Below, piece by piece: positions 31,151 to 40,296 of a stretch of DNA of 64,000 nucleotides (its first letter is position 1; every line of letters starts with the position of its first letter). This DNA comes from Acidimicrobiia bacterium. GTDB taxonomy: Bacteria > Actinomycetota > Acidimicrobiia > Spongiisociales > ZC4RG35. The notes beneath the pieces were generated by a model. It had not been told where the DNA came from. It did not search any database and saw only the letters and a program-made list of their open reading frames with translations. The stretch spans positions 6,861 through 70,860 of the forward strand of contig DATKCE010000039.1 of the NCBI GenBank assembly GCA_035513335.1, given 5' to 3'. The translations under genes were made by a program, and so were the position numbers.

Positions 31151-31216
31151 CGACAGCCTCCAGCCGTGGACAGACCGGAATCAGGGTAACCCCGCATACC
31201 GCTAGAGTGCCCGCCC

Positions 31217-32395
31217 GTGAGTGACGTTCAGACCGCCGGGGCCGCGATGGGGATCCCGCCCGATCTGGTGCAACGCTCGGCCGCAGCCCGCGCCGAAGCC
31301 GACGGGACATCGATAGACGACGTTCTCGCCGCCTGGGCAGGCGATGCCCCGCCACCAGCCCCGTCAGCCCCGCCCGAAGATGAGCCGACAGCGGACGCAG
31401 AGGCGCAGCCGGAGCCGGAAGCGGAGACCGAGGAAGAGCCGGCAGCGGAAGCGGTCGCCGTCATTGACGAACCGGAGAGCGATCCATCACGGCCCGAGGT
31501 CGAGTACGAACCGGAGCCCGAGGAAGAGCTCGAGCCCGTCCCGCTCGGTGTGCGGCTCAAGACGGCGGTCCGGGTGGGGGCGTGGACCGGTGCCGCCCTG
31601 GGCGTGGTCGGGTTCCTAGCCGCCAGCGCATTCTGGGCGCCCAATGCCACCGCTCTCCCCGAGGCCGGACCGGTGGTCCAGGTGGGACCGACCGGTCTGC
31701 TCATCGGAGTGGTCCTGGTCAGCCTGGCCTTCGGTGCGATCGTCGCCGGGGTGTCACGCGCCGCTACCGGATGGGCCAACCCCGCGATGCAGCTCTCCGG
31801 ATCCAATGCCGGGACCGTCTGGCTGGGGGCCGCGGTCGGCGTGGTCCTGGGGGTCGTCGCCGGAACGATGCTCAGCGGATTCGGAACTCCCGTCGAAGGG
31901 TCCGACCCGCCATTGGTACAGCTCCCCGTGCTGCCCACCCTGTTCGTGATGGTGATCGGAGGGGCCATCCTCGGCGCCGCCACCGCCCTCGTCCCCCAAT
32001 TACTCGGCGTGCCGGTGGCTCTCGACGACGAAGACAGCGAAGAGGTCGACACGGTCAAGACCCGGCTGGGCAATGCCATCGGCATACCCCTCGCCGGCGT
32101 CATTCTCCTGGTCATGTTGGTTCTGCCTTTCGGCTTCACCCTCATCGAGTCGAACCATCTCGCCCCCGGAGTCGGCGGAGCGGTGGTGGCCATAATCGCC
32201 GCCGGCGGGATACTCGGCTTCGCCGCGCTGGCCGGTTCCAGACCGGAGATGAAGATCTCGTTCGGAGACCTGATGGTGGCTGTCATCGGCATCGGAGTGG
32301 TGCTCATCATCATCATCTCGGTCCTGTTCGCGCTCCAGAGCGATGATGACGGCGAAGAGCACGTCGAAGACCAGGCTGTGGTTCAGGTGATCTGA
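31217..32395 (+). CDS. Hypothetical polytopic membrane protein with a soluble N-terminal domain and an acidic Pro/Glu linker
   Basis: 392 aa, GTG start. N-terminus GIPPDLVQRSAAARAEADGTSIDDVLAAWAG, a PE-rich low-complexity stretch, then about 7 hydrophobic segments. Confidence 0.65.
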   Translation: MSDVQTAGAAMGIPPDLVQRSAAARAEADGTSIDDVLAAWAGDAPPPAPSAPPEDEPTADAEAQPEPEAETEEEPAAEAVAVIDEPESDPSRPEVEYEPEPEEELEPVPLGVRLKTAVRVGAWTGAALGVVGFLAASAFWAPNATALPEAGPVVQVGPTGLLIGVVLVSLAFGAIVAGVSRAATGWANPAMQLSGSNAGTVWLGAAVGVVLGVVAGTMLSGFGTPVEGSDPPLVQLPVLPTLFVMVIGGAILGAATALVPQLLGVPVALDDEDSEEVDTVKTRLGNAIGIPLAGVILLVMLVLPFGFTLIESNHLAPGVGGAVVAIIAAGGILGFAALAGSRPEMKISFGDLMVAVIGIGVVLIIIISVLFALQSDDDGEEHVEDQAVVQVI

Positions 32396-33354
32396 TCGAG
32401 CTCCAGTGCGTTCAACGCATCGGCTCGGTTTCCGGTCTCCAACAACAGCATGATCTTGTGAGCCACATCGCTGGCCACCCCTTGTTGGGCCTCGACCGTC
32501 GATGCACCGATGTGGGGGGTGAGAACGAGATTGGGAGCCCCCCGCAACGGGGAGTCGGCAGGCAGCGGCTCCCGATCGTAGACGTCGAGAGCCGCACCGG
32601 CAATGGTCCCGTCGTGCAATGCCCTGGCCAAGGCTTCTTCGTCGACAACACCCCCTCGAGACGAGTTCACCACGAAGGCCGACTTCTTCATCTGCCGTAG
32701 TGCCCCATGCCCGAGGATGCCTCTGGTCTCCTCGTTGAGGGGCACATGGACGGAGAGGAAGTCGCTCCTCTGGATCACATCATCGAAGCCGACCATTTCG
32801 ATGCCCAGCCCTTCGGCTCGAGTCGGCGACAGGTAGGGGTCGTAGGCGATGACATTCATATCGAATGCCATGCACCGGATGGCGACCTCGCTTCCGATCC
32901 GCCCCGCTCCGATGAGACCCAGCGTCTTGCCTCGGAGCTCCACACCTCTGAAATCGGACCGGTTCCATCGACCGCTGCGCACCGACGCGTCCGCGGCCGG
33001 GACCTTTCGGGCGACAGAGATCAGCAGAGCCATGGTGAGCTCAGCTGCCGCGATCGTGTTGCCCCCGGGAGCGTTGAACACGGCGACTCCCTTCTCGGTC
33101 GCCGCCGCCATGTCCAAGTTGTCGACGCCCACGCCGGCCCTCCCCACCGCCTTGAGATTCGGGGCAAGGGCGAGCATCTCGCGGGTGACGCTGGTCACAC
33201 TTCGCACGATCAGAGCGTCGGCGACGGCCAGCTCGACAAGGAACTCGTCACTCGCGGAGTCGTTGACGGAGATGACTTCGAAACCATCGTCGCCGAGGAG
33301 AGGGCCCAGAGCGGATAGCGTCACCGTGTCGGTGACGAGGACCCGATAGGTCAT
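32383..33354 (-). CDS. D-isomer-specific 2-hydroxyacid dehydrogenase (short phosphoglycerate-dehydrogenase-like)
   Basis: 323 aa, NAD site GLIGAGRIGSEVA and SRGGVVDEEAL...TPHIGAST. Confidence 0.88.
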   Translation of the reverse strand: MTYRVLVTDTVTLSALGPLLGDDGFEVISVNDSASDEFLVELAVADALIVRSVTSVTREMLALAPNLKAVGRAGVGVDNLDMAAATEKGVAVFNAPGGNTIAAAELTMALLISVARKVPAADASVRSGRWNRSDFRGVELRGKTLGLIGAGRIGSEVAIRCMAFDMNVIAYDPYLSPTRAEGLGIEMVGFDDVIQRSDFLSVHVPLNEETRGILGHGALRQMKKSAFVVNSSRGGVVDEEALARALHDGTIAGAALDVYDREPLPADSPLRGAPNLVLTPHIGASTVEAQQGVASDVAHKIMLLLETGNRADALNALELDQIT

Positions 33355-34442
33355 GACATGACGTCGGTGAGAGCTTCGAGCAGAGCTTCGAGCTCGTCGA
33401 GAGTGTGATCACCCATGTGGCCGATGCGGAACGTCGACTCGCTGAGCTTGCCGTAGCCCCCTCCGACGACCCATCCTCGCTCCCGGAGCTCGGCAACGAT
33501 ACGCGGCGCATCGTCTGTGGCCACGCAGGTGACGGTGGGAGAGCGATGGCCTTCGGCGGCGAAGACACCGATGTCGACACCGCGTTCTCCCATGCCCCCC
33601 ACCCACTCGAACGTGCGTTGCTGCATGTCGAGGTGTCGTCGCCAACGCCGCTCCATCGTCTCTTCGGCGATCTGCTTCAGCTGGTAATCGAGTGCGTAGA
33701 GCAGTGACACTGCGGGGGTGGCCGGTGTCTGGTGGTTCTCGATCTGGTCGTGGAGGTCCACGAGATCGAAGTACCAGCCTTTGGCGGACGCCTTCGCCGA
33801 CCGCTCCAGCATGGCCTCCCCGGCGACACCGAACGCCAGTCCCGGCGGGAGCGCCAGTGCCTTCTGCGAGCCGGTCAGGATGAAATCGACGCCCCAGGCG
33901 TCCGTGTGGGTCTCGACCCCGCCCACCCCGGTGACGGAGTCGACGAGGAGCAGAGTGTCGTCGTGGCGCCCTACGATGTCGGCGATCGCCTCTAGGTCCT
34001 GGAGGGCGCCGGTCGACGTCTCCGACTGGGACAGGGTCACTGCGTCGTAGGTCTCACCGGCGAGCCGCCGCTCCAGCTCCTCCGGCGAGTGGACCTGACC
34101 CCAGTCGACCTCCCATCGGTCCACCTCGTGACCGCAGGACACCGCGATCTCGGCGAATCGATCGGAGAAGGCACCGTTGACCAGACTGAGCACCTTCCGC
34201 TCGGCGACCCCGTTGCGGACCGCGGCTTCCATCAGTCCCGAAGCGGACGATGTGGAGACGATTACCGGTCGCTCCGTCCGGAACACCGGCTTCATCCCGG
34301 CGTCGATGGAGGCGAACAGATCCTGTATGGCCTGGCCCCGGTGGCCGATCATGGGACCGTCCTGTGCGGCCAGGACGTCGGGACGGACCTCGGTCGGGCC
34401 GGGCAGGAAGAACCGGCCGGGTTCGAGGGGGTTGGTCATCAC
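33351..34442 (-). CDS. Class V aminotransferase (serine-glyoxylate/phosphoserine aminotransferase-like)
   Basis: 363 aa with SQKALALPPG PLP-lysine motif. ATGA overlap with the downstream dehydrogenase, so a serine-pathway pair is plausible. Confidence 0.85.
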   Translation of the reverse strand: MMTNPLEPGRFFLPGPTEVRPDVLAAQDGPMIGHRGQAIQDLFASIDAGMKPVFRTERPVIVSTSSASGLMEAAVRNGVAERKVLSLVNGAFSDRFAEIAVSCGHEVDRWEVDWGQVHSPEELERRLAGETYDAVTLSQSETSTGALQDLEAIADIVGRHDDTLLLVDSVTGVGGVETHTDAWGVDFILTGSQKALALPPGLAFGVAGEAMLERSAKASAKGWYFDLVDLHDQIENHQTPATPAVSLLYALDYQLKQIAEETMERRWRRHLDMQQRTFEWVGGMGERGVDIGVFAAEGHRSPTVTCVATDDAPRIVAELRERGWVVGGGYGKLSESTFRIGHMGDHTLDELEALLEALTDVMS

Positions 34443-34531
34443 GCTTTTTTACCAGGGTGGACCGCGATGGCGAAGGCGATGGTTTCCCCACTTTCCAGGG
34501 GCCCGTGTGGCCACGGCGGATTCAAGGTTCG

Positions 34532-34843
34532 CTAACCGCGGATGGCGACGATGCCCATGGCGGCCAGGACGACCAGGTAGAGGGCGACGGCCAGGATGAA
34601 ACCGGCGGTGAAGAACCGATTGATCAGCGGCTTCTCGAAGCGGACGTGCATGAACCATCCCACCACCACGATGAACTTGATCGCGGAGAGCACGATGAGG
34701 ATGGCGGCATTGATGAACCCCAGCTCCAGCTGACGATCGATGTAGTACATCGCCACCTCGACGGCGGTGACCACCGCCAGGAAAGCGGCGATCTTCCAGT
34801 ACTGGCCGGGAGTGGGATGGTGAGCGTGCTCTTCGGTGGTCAT
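34532..34843 (-). CDS. ctaF: Cytochrome c oxidase subunit IV (prokaryotic COX4_pro type)
   Basis: Trimmed to the ATG at 34843 (MTTEEHAHHPTPGQYWKIAAFLAVVTAVEVAMYY...), 103 aa with 3 TM segments. ATGA overlap with ctaE. Confidence 0.8.
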   Translation of the reverse strand: MTTEEHAHHPTPGQYWKIAAFLAVVTAVEVAMYYIDRQLELGFINAAILIVLSAIKFIVVVGWFMHVRFEKPLINRFFTAGFILAVALYLVVLAAMGIVAIRG

Positions 34844-35466
34844 ACGGGCGGCAGGGAGAGCAGGTAGACCACGGTGAAGATGACGATCCAGATGATGTCC
34901 ACGAAGTGCCAGTAGAGGCCGACCAGCTCCAGGTTCATGCCATGCTTCTCGCTCAAGCCCCCTTGGCGCCGGGAGATCCCCCACAGAGAGAGCAGCATGA
35001 TGATGCCGAGCGCGACGTGGGTCCCGTGGAACCCGGTCAGCACGTAGAACGCCGATGCCGCCGGGTTGGTGGACAACGTCATGTCATAGATGGTGATGAA
35101 CTCGTAGAACTCGAAGACCTGGCCCCCGAGGAACACAGAGCCGAGGGCGGCGGTGGCGAAGATCCAGGTCCGCGCCCCGTTCTGGTCCCCCCGGGAGAGG
35201 GCGTGATGGGCCAGGACCATCGTCAGCGACGACATGAGCAAGACGAACGAACTGACCGAGGTGAACGGGATGTCGTAGATCTCAGCCGGGTACACCCCTT
35301 CGAACCCTCCCCGGTTGGAGTAGAGGAGATAGTTGGTGATCAACGCTCCGAAGAAGAGGAACTCCGAGCTGAGGAAGACCCACATCCCCAGCTTGCGGTT
35401 CTCGATGCCGGTCGACTCGTGCTCCTCGTGGTGGGCGACCGGGGCGTCGTGAGCGATGTCACTCAT
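34840..35466 (-). CDS. ctaE: Cytochrome c oxidase subunit III
   Basis: 208 aa, KLGMWVFLSSEFLFFGALI...FHGTHVALG...YWHFVD. Confidence 0.93.
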   Translation of the reverse strand: MSDIAHDAPVAHHEEHESTGIENRKLGMWVFLSSEFLFFGALITNYLLYSNRGGFEGVYPAEIYDIPFTSVSSFVLLMSSLTMVLAHHALSRGDQNGARTWIFATAALGSVFLGGQVFEFYEFITIYDMTLSTNPAASAFYVLTGFHGTHVALGIIMLLSLWGISRRQGGLSEKHGMNLELVGLYWHFVDIIWIVIFTVVYLLSLPPV

Positions 35467-37570
35467 CTGGCACCACCTCTCCGGCCTGCTCCTCGGTGAG
35501 GAAGTCGGCGGTCTCTATCTCGACCCCGCGGAACGCTTCCTCGTCGGCGACGCCCTCTTCGCCCTCATAGTGGTCGCCCTCATCGTGGTCCATGGGCTCT
35601 TCCAGTGGCTCGATGCCCCACCCGATCAAGGCGGCGAGGCTGATCAGCGCTCCAACGACGATCATCGCCTTGCCCCACATGGTCTCGTGATAGATGATCC
35701 CGTAGAAGACGATCGGGATGCCCAGCGCCATCACGATCGGGAAGTAGGACGGCGCCGGCAGATGGATCGGGCTCTTGGGGTTGCGCCCCTCCTCTTCGAG
35801 GCGGGCAAGTAGCTCGTCGGCGTCGGGTTTGCGCACCGCGCGGCCCTCTTCGTCCTCGTCGTACTTCATGTGCCAGAAGTGGTCGAGACGGGTGACCACC
35901 GGCGGCTCGGCGAAGTTGTACTCGGGGGTCGGGTTGGGACTCGTCCACTCCAGCGTGCGCGCGTTCCAGGGGTCGAGACCCGACGGCTCACCGTGACGTC
36001 GGCTGTGATACCAGTTGTACATGAAGACCAGGATGGAGAGGGCGATGGTGAACGCACCGATCGTCACTGCCACGTTCCAGGTCTCCAATCCTGCCCCTGA
36101 CGGGTACTTCCAGGTGCGGCGGACCATCCCTTGCAGACCCAGCCAGTGCATGGGGGCGAAGGTGAGGTTGAAGCCCACGAACATCAGCCAGAAGTGGAGT
36201 TTGCCCAACCTCGGGTTCATCACCCTGGCGGTGAGCTTGGGGAACCAGTAGTAGAGACCGGCGAATATCCCGAACACCGCCCCACCGAAGAGGACGTAGT
36301 GGAAGTGGGCCACGATGTAGTAGGTGTCGGTCTGCTGCCAATCGGAGGGCACGATCGCGTGGGTGACCCCGGAGAGACCCCCGATGGTGAACATGGCGAC
36401 GAATCCGATCGCGAACAGCATCGGGGTGGACAACCACAATCGCCCGCCCCACATCGTCCCCATCCAGTTGAAGATCTTGATCCCGGTGGGGATGGCGATG
36501 GTCATCGTCGCCAGGCCGAACGCGGCCTGGGCCACCGGGGTGACGCCCGACGAGAACATGTGGTGGGCCCAGACCCCGAACCCGAGGAACGCGATCGCCG
36601 CTCCGGCGAAGACCACGGCGGAGTACCCGAATAGCGGCTTGCGGCTGAACACGGGTAGCACCTCGGAGACGATGCCCATCGCGGGAAGGATCAGGATGTA
36701 GACCTCGGGGTGGCCGAAGAGCCAGAAGAGGTGCTGCCAGAGGATGGGATCACCGCCGCCGACTGGTGCGAAGAACAGCGTTCCGAACTGGCGGTCGAAG
36801 GTGACCATGAACAAGGCCACGGCGATGATCGGGAGGGAGAAGAGCAGCAGGAAGGCGACGACGGTCGTCATCCAGGCGAACACCGGCATACGCAGCAGCC
36901 GCATGCCCTTGGCCCTCATGTTGAACACGGTGACGATGAAGTTGATCGCCGAGACCAGGGAGGCCAGGCCGAGGATCTGCAATCCCAGGGCCCAGTAGTC
37001 CATCGCGGTGCCCGGCGAGTACAGAGGGCCGGCGTTGGGCTGATAGCCGAACCATCCCCCGTCCGGGGAGTTGGCGAGGAAATTGAACGATCCCGGTCCT
37101 CCGCCGGCGGCGAGGCTCCCGAAGTTGGCCCCGTCGGGGGAGACCGGAGGCAGGGATGTCCCGAAGATGAAGGTGCTGTAGAGGAAGATGCCGCCGAAGA
37201 AGAAGATCCACCACGAGAGTGCGTTGAGACGGGGGAAGGCGACGTCTCGGGCCCCGATCAACAAGGGGAGCAGATAGTTCATGAACGCCGCCCCCACCGG
37301 CATCACGAACAAGAAGATCATCGTGGTGCCGTGCATGGTGAAGAGGGCGTTGTAGGCACCGGCGGTGAGAAACTCCGCGTCGGCCTGGGTGAGCTGGATG
37401 CGGAGCAGCAGCGCCTCGGTGCCGCCGAGGATGAAGAAGAAGAAGGCGGCGTAGCCGTACATGATGCCGATCTTCTTGTGATCGACGGTCGTGACCCACC
37501 CCCAGAGACCGGTGGTCGACTTGGGACGACGGAAGATGGTCGTGGAGGGGCGTTCTGCCGTGGCGGTCAT
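35459..37570 (-). CDS. ctaD: Cytochrome c oxidase subunit I with a ~125-140 aa C-terminal two-TM extension
   Basis: Trimmed to the ATG at 37570 (MTATAERPSTTIFRRPKSTTGLWGWVTTVDHKKIG), 703 aa. Canonical heme-copper motifs (WFFGHPEVYILILP, HHMF). See the finding on the tail. Confidence 0.93.
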   Translation of the reverse strand: MTATAERPSTTIFRRPKSTTGLWGWVTTVDHKKIGIMYGYAAFFFFILGGTEALLLRIQLTQADAEFLTAGAYNALFTMHGTTMIFLFVMPVGAAFMNYLLPLLIGARDVAFPRLNALSWWIFFFGGIFLYSTFIFGTSLPPVSPDGANFGSLAAGGGPGSFNFLANSPDGGWFGYQPNAGPLYSPGTAMDYWALGLQILGLASLVSAINFIVTVFNMRAKGMRLLRMPVFAWMTTVVAFLLLFSLPIIAVALFMVTFDRQFGTLFFAPVGGGDPILWQHLFWLFGHPEVYILILPAMGIVSEVLPVFSRKPLFGYSAVVFAGAAIAFLGFGVWAHHMFSSGVTPVAQAAFGLATMTIAIPTGIKIFNWMGTMWGGRLWLSTPMLFAIGFVAMFTIGGLSGVTHAIVPSDWQQTDTYYIVAHFHYVLFGGAVFGIFAGLYYWFPKLTARVMNPRLGKLHFWLMFVGFNLTFAPMHWLGLQGMVRRTWKYPSGAGLETWNVAVTIGAFTIALSILVFMYNWYHSRRHGEPSGLDPWNARTLEWTSPNPTPEYNFAEPPVVTRLDHFWHMKYDEDEEGRAVRKPDADELLARLEEEGRNPKSPIHLPAPSYFPIVMALGIPIVFYGIIYHETMWGKAMIVVGALISLAALIGWGIEPLEEPMDHDEGDHYEGEEGVADEEAFRGVEIETADFLTEEQAGEVVPDE

Positions 37571-38631
37571 TCCATGCTCTCCAACCAGACGATGAGGGCG
37601 TCGATCTCCTGCTCGGTCAGCGCCAGGTCGGGCATGAAGCTGCCCGGCTTGATGTGGGGTGGGTTTTCCAACCAGCGCTTCAGCGCCACTTCCCTGGTCT
37701 CGCCGTCCTCGGGGAGGATCGCCCCGGCGAACATGTTGCGTGAGGCGAAGTGGGTCAACTCGGGACCGTTGAACGCCTCTCTCGGGATGAGACGGGACGC
37801 CTCCTCGTCGTCGAAGCGCACCTGGTGACACTGCAGGCATTGCCGGTTGAGATACACCTGGTACCCCTCATAGGTGGGATCACCCTCCTGAGGCAAGATG
37901 GCGGGCTGGGTTTGGTCGGCCAGCCAGCGGTCGTAGTCGGATTGGCTGACCGCCTGCACCCGGGCCCGCATCAACGAGTGAGACAGCCCGCAGAACTCGG
38001 CGCAGTGGCCCCAGTACTCCCCCGGCTCGTCCGCCTGGAGACGGAGCTCGGTGGTCTGCCCCGGGATCAGGTATCGCTTCCCGTTGAGGGCGGGGACCCA
38101 GAAGTTGTGGATCACGTCGTCGGAGGTCATCTGCGCGCACACCTCCTGCCCGGCGGGAATGACCATGACGTTTGCCGTGTAGATGTCAGCCTCGGGGTAG
38201 TAGTACTCGAACCACCACTGGTGCCCGATGATCTCGATCTCCAAGGCGTCCGGGCTGCATTCGGTCAAGTCGAAGATGGACCTGACCGTGGGCACGGCGA
38301 TGAAGGCGAGGATCAAGGCGGGGATCACGGTCCAGAGGACCTCCAGCTTGGGACTGCCGTGGAGCTGCTTAGGCTCGGTGCGACCGTCTCCACCGCGGTC
38401 GCGGAACAAGAAGAGGATGGCTACCAGGCCCCCCATCACGAGGACGAAGACGGCCGTGGCGATCCAGAAGACCAGCCAGAAGAGACCATCGATCTCCTCG
38501 GCGAACGGCCCGGCCGGCTCGAAGGTGGTGAGGGGATTCTCCTCGACCTCGATGATCGCACACGCACTGAGCAGGAATGCAGATCCAACCAGCGCGGCGA
38601 GACGTGTCAGTCGTCGGCGGAACGGGGCCAT
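37567..38631 (-). CDS. ctaC: Cytochrome c oxidase subunit II with a fused C-terminal cytochrome c domain (caa3 type)
   Basis: Trimmed to the ATG at 38631 (MAPFRRRLTRLAALVGSAFLLSAC, lipobox). CuA site HCAEFCGLSHSLM and heme-c site CLQCH. Confidence 0.92.
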   Translation of the reverse strand: MAPFRRRLTRLAALVGSAFLLSACAIIEVEENPLTTFEPAGPFAEEIDGLFWLVFWIATAVFVLVMGGLVAILFLFRDRGGDGRTEPKQLHGSPKLEVLWTVIPALILAFIAVPTVRSIFDLTECSPDALEIEIIGHQWWFEYYYPEADIYTANVMVIPAGQEVCAQMTSDDVIHNFWVPALNGKRYLIPGQTTELRLQADEPGEYWGHCAEFCGLSHSLMRARVQAVSQSDYDRWLADQTQPAILPQEGDPTYEGYQVYLNRQCLQCHQVRFDDEEASRLIPREAFNGPELTHFASRNMFAGAILPEDGETREVALKRWLENPPHIKPGSFMPDLALTEQEIDALIVWLESME

Positions 38632-38763
38632 CGGGACGGCATCATACGAAGATTCAGAAGTAGCGACCAACTCATCGCCGTGGCCGTCCCACGGGCCATC
38701 CAAAACGACACACCGCATCGAAATCATGTCGATGACGTTTGACGCGGCCCACACCTGCCGAAC

Positions 38764-39405
38764 ATGCTTGGAGGCACCTTGAGCGGTAGCCGCCCACTTC
38801 CGATGTTCCCCCTGGGCTCGACCCTGCTCCCGGGGATGGCGCTCCCCCTTCGCCTGTTCGAGCCGCGCTACCTCCAGATGTATGCCGACATCATCGACGA
38901 GGACCGGGAGTTCGGAGTGGTTCTCATCGAGAGAGGGATCGAGTCACGAGACGACAACCCGACCTACGACATCGGGTGCACCGCCTACATCGTGGGCTCG
39001 GGGATGCACGAGGACGGAAACCTGGCCCTGGTTGCCATCGGCAGGCACCGGCTGAGAGTGATCGAATGGCAGGAGTCGAACCCCTACCCCCTGGCGACGA
39101 TCGAAGATCTCGAAGACAATCCCTTGACGGAGGAAGGGATGCAATCGTTGGAGTCGGCCGCCAACCGACTCCCCGCCCTGCTCGCCGTGGCCGCGGAGCT
39201 CAACCCCGAGTTCGACGCCGAGGTGCCGGACCTCAGCGAAGACCCTGGGCAGGCGATCTATCAGCTCGCCCAGCTCGCCGGTTTGCAGGCTTTCGACCTG
39301 CAGAAGGTTCTGGAGGCGGAGCCCACCGACCGCCGCGCCGAATTGGTCGACGAGCTGATGAGCGAAACCATAGAAATGATCCAGCTCCAGCTGAGTCTGG
39401 AGTGA
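38764..39405 (+). CDS. LON substrate-binding (LonN/PUA-like) domain protein
   Basis: 213 aa, LPMFPLGSTLLPGMALPLRLFEPRYLQMYADI. Confidence 0.8.
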   Translation: MLGGTLSGSRPLPMFPLGSTLLPGMALPLRLFEPRYLQMYADIIDEDREFGVVLIERGIESRDDNPTYDIGCTAYIVGSGMHEDGNLALVAIGRHRLRVIEWQESNPYPLATIEDLEDNPLTEEGMQSLESAANRLPALLAVAAELNPEFDAEVPDLSEDPGQAIYQLAQLAGLQAFDLQKVLEAEPTDRRAELVDELMSETIEMIQLQLSLE

Positions 39406-39415
39406 GCCCCCGAGA

Positions 39416-39466
39416 CGTTCTGTGAAGATCCATGGACACTGTGTGTCGGCAGACCCTCACAGAACG
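39416..39466. repeat. REP-like palindromic element, family A, copy 3 (diverged loop)
   Basis: CGTTCTGTGA-(31 nt)-TCACAGAACG, in the convergent spacer between the LonN-domain gene and the thioredoxin-fold gene. Confidence 0.75.
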
Positions 39467-39471
39467 GTTGG

Positions 39472-40296
39472 TCAGCCGGAGACTTCCTCCAGGGCGGCGC
39501 GTAGCTCGTCGTCGGAGACCGCTCCCTCGAAGGCGGCGGTGACGGTGCCGGCGGCATTGGTCACGTAGAGCCACGGCTCGGTGAGAAGACCCCACTCCTG
39601 GACTGCCGGGACCAACACCAGATCATCGCGATTGGTGACGTGGATGTTCTCGTACACCTCGACGTGGACATAGTTGAGGTTCGGATACTCGGAGACGAGC
39701 TCCTGGACCTGGTCGAGCATGGGCCCGCACGACTGCGACGTGCACCAGGCCGGAGTGGCGAAGACCAGCACCGACGGCCCAGAGTCGACCGCCTCGGCGA
39801 CAGTCATCTCGTAGAAGAACTCCTCAGGCGTGGGGTCGGAGGTGAGATCGTCGAGCAGTGCGTCGTTGAGGGTTCGGGTCTGCGAGCGTGGAGCCTGATC
39901 GCCCACCTCGACCTGCACGGGGTCGTCGACGGCTACGAAGCCGATCGGTGCCAGCTCCCCGAGGGCGCCGGCGTCGATATCGAGCTGGTACGTCGCCGGG
40001 CCGGGGATGTCGACGTAGAAGGCATAGAGACCGACGACATCGGGAATCGTCCAGAGGAAGCTGCCCTCGTACTCGCCCACGGGGGATCCGATGTCGTCGC
40101 GGAGGATGGCGACCGGAGTGACGTCGGGTGTGGCCACCATCTCTCCGGTGGGCAGGTCGATCACCGCGACCAGGATCCGCTGCTCGCCGGTACCGATCGA
40201 GCCGTGGCTCGAGGCGAGACGGCCAAGGGAGTTCGTCTCGCCGGAGCAGGCGGCGACGGTCGCCGCCATCAAGAACAGGGTTCCAAGCCTCCTCAC
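39472..40296 (-). CDS. Thioredoxin-fold lipoprotein with an atypical CX4C motif
   Basis: Track ORF (524 aa) trimmed to the GTG at 40296 (VRRLGTLFLMAATVAACSGE, lipobox). C-terminal Trx-like region VLVFATPAWCTSQSCGPMLD. GTGA overlap with the ctaB stop. Confidence 0.75.
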   Translation of the reverse strand: MRRLGTLFLMAATVAACSGETNSLGRLASSHGSIGTGEQRILVAVIDLPTGEMVATPDVTPVAILRDDIGSPVGEYEGSFLWTIPDVVGLYAFYVDIPGPATYQLDIDAGALGELAPIGFVAVDDPVQVEVGDQAPRSQTRTLNDALLDDLTSDPTPEEFFYEMTVAEAVDSGPSVLVFATPAWCTSQSCGPMLDQVQELVSEYPNLNYVHVEVYENIHVTNRDDLVLVPAVQEWGLLTEPWLYVTNAAGTVTAAFEGAVSDDELRAALEEVSG

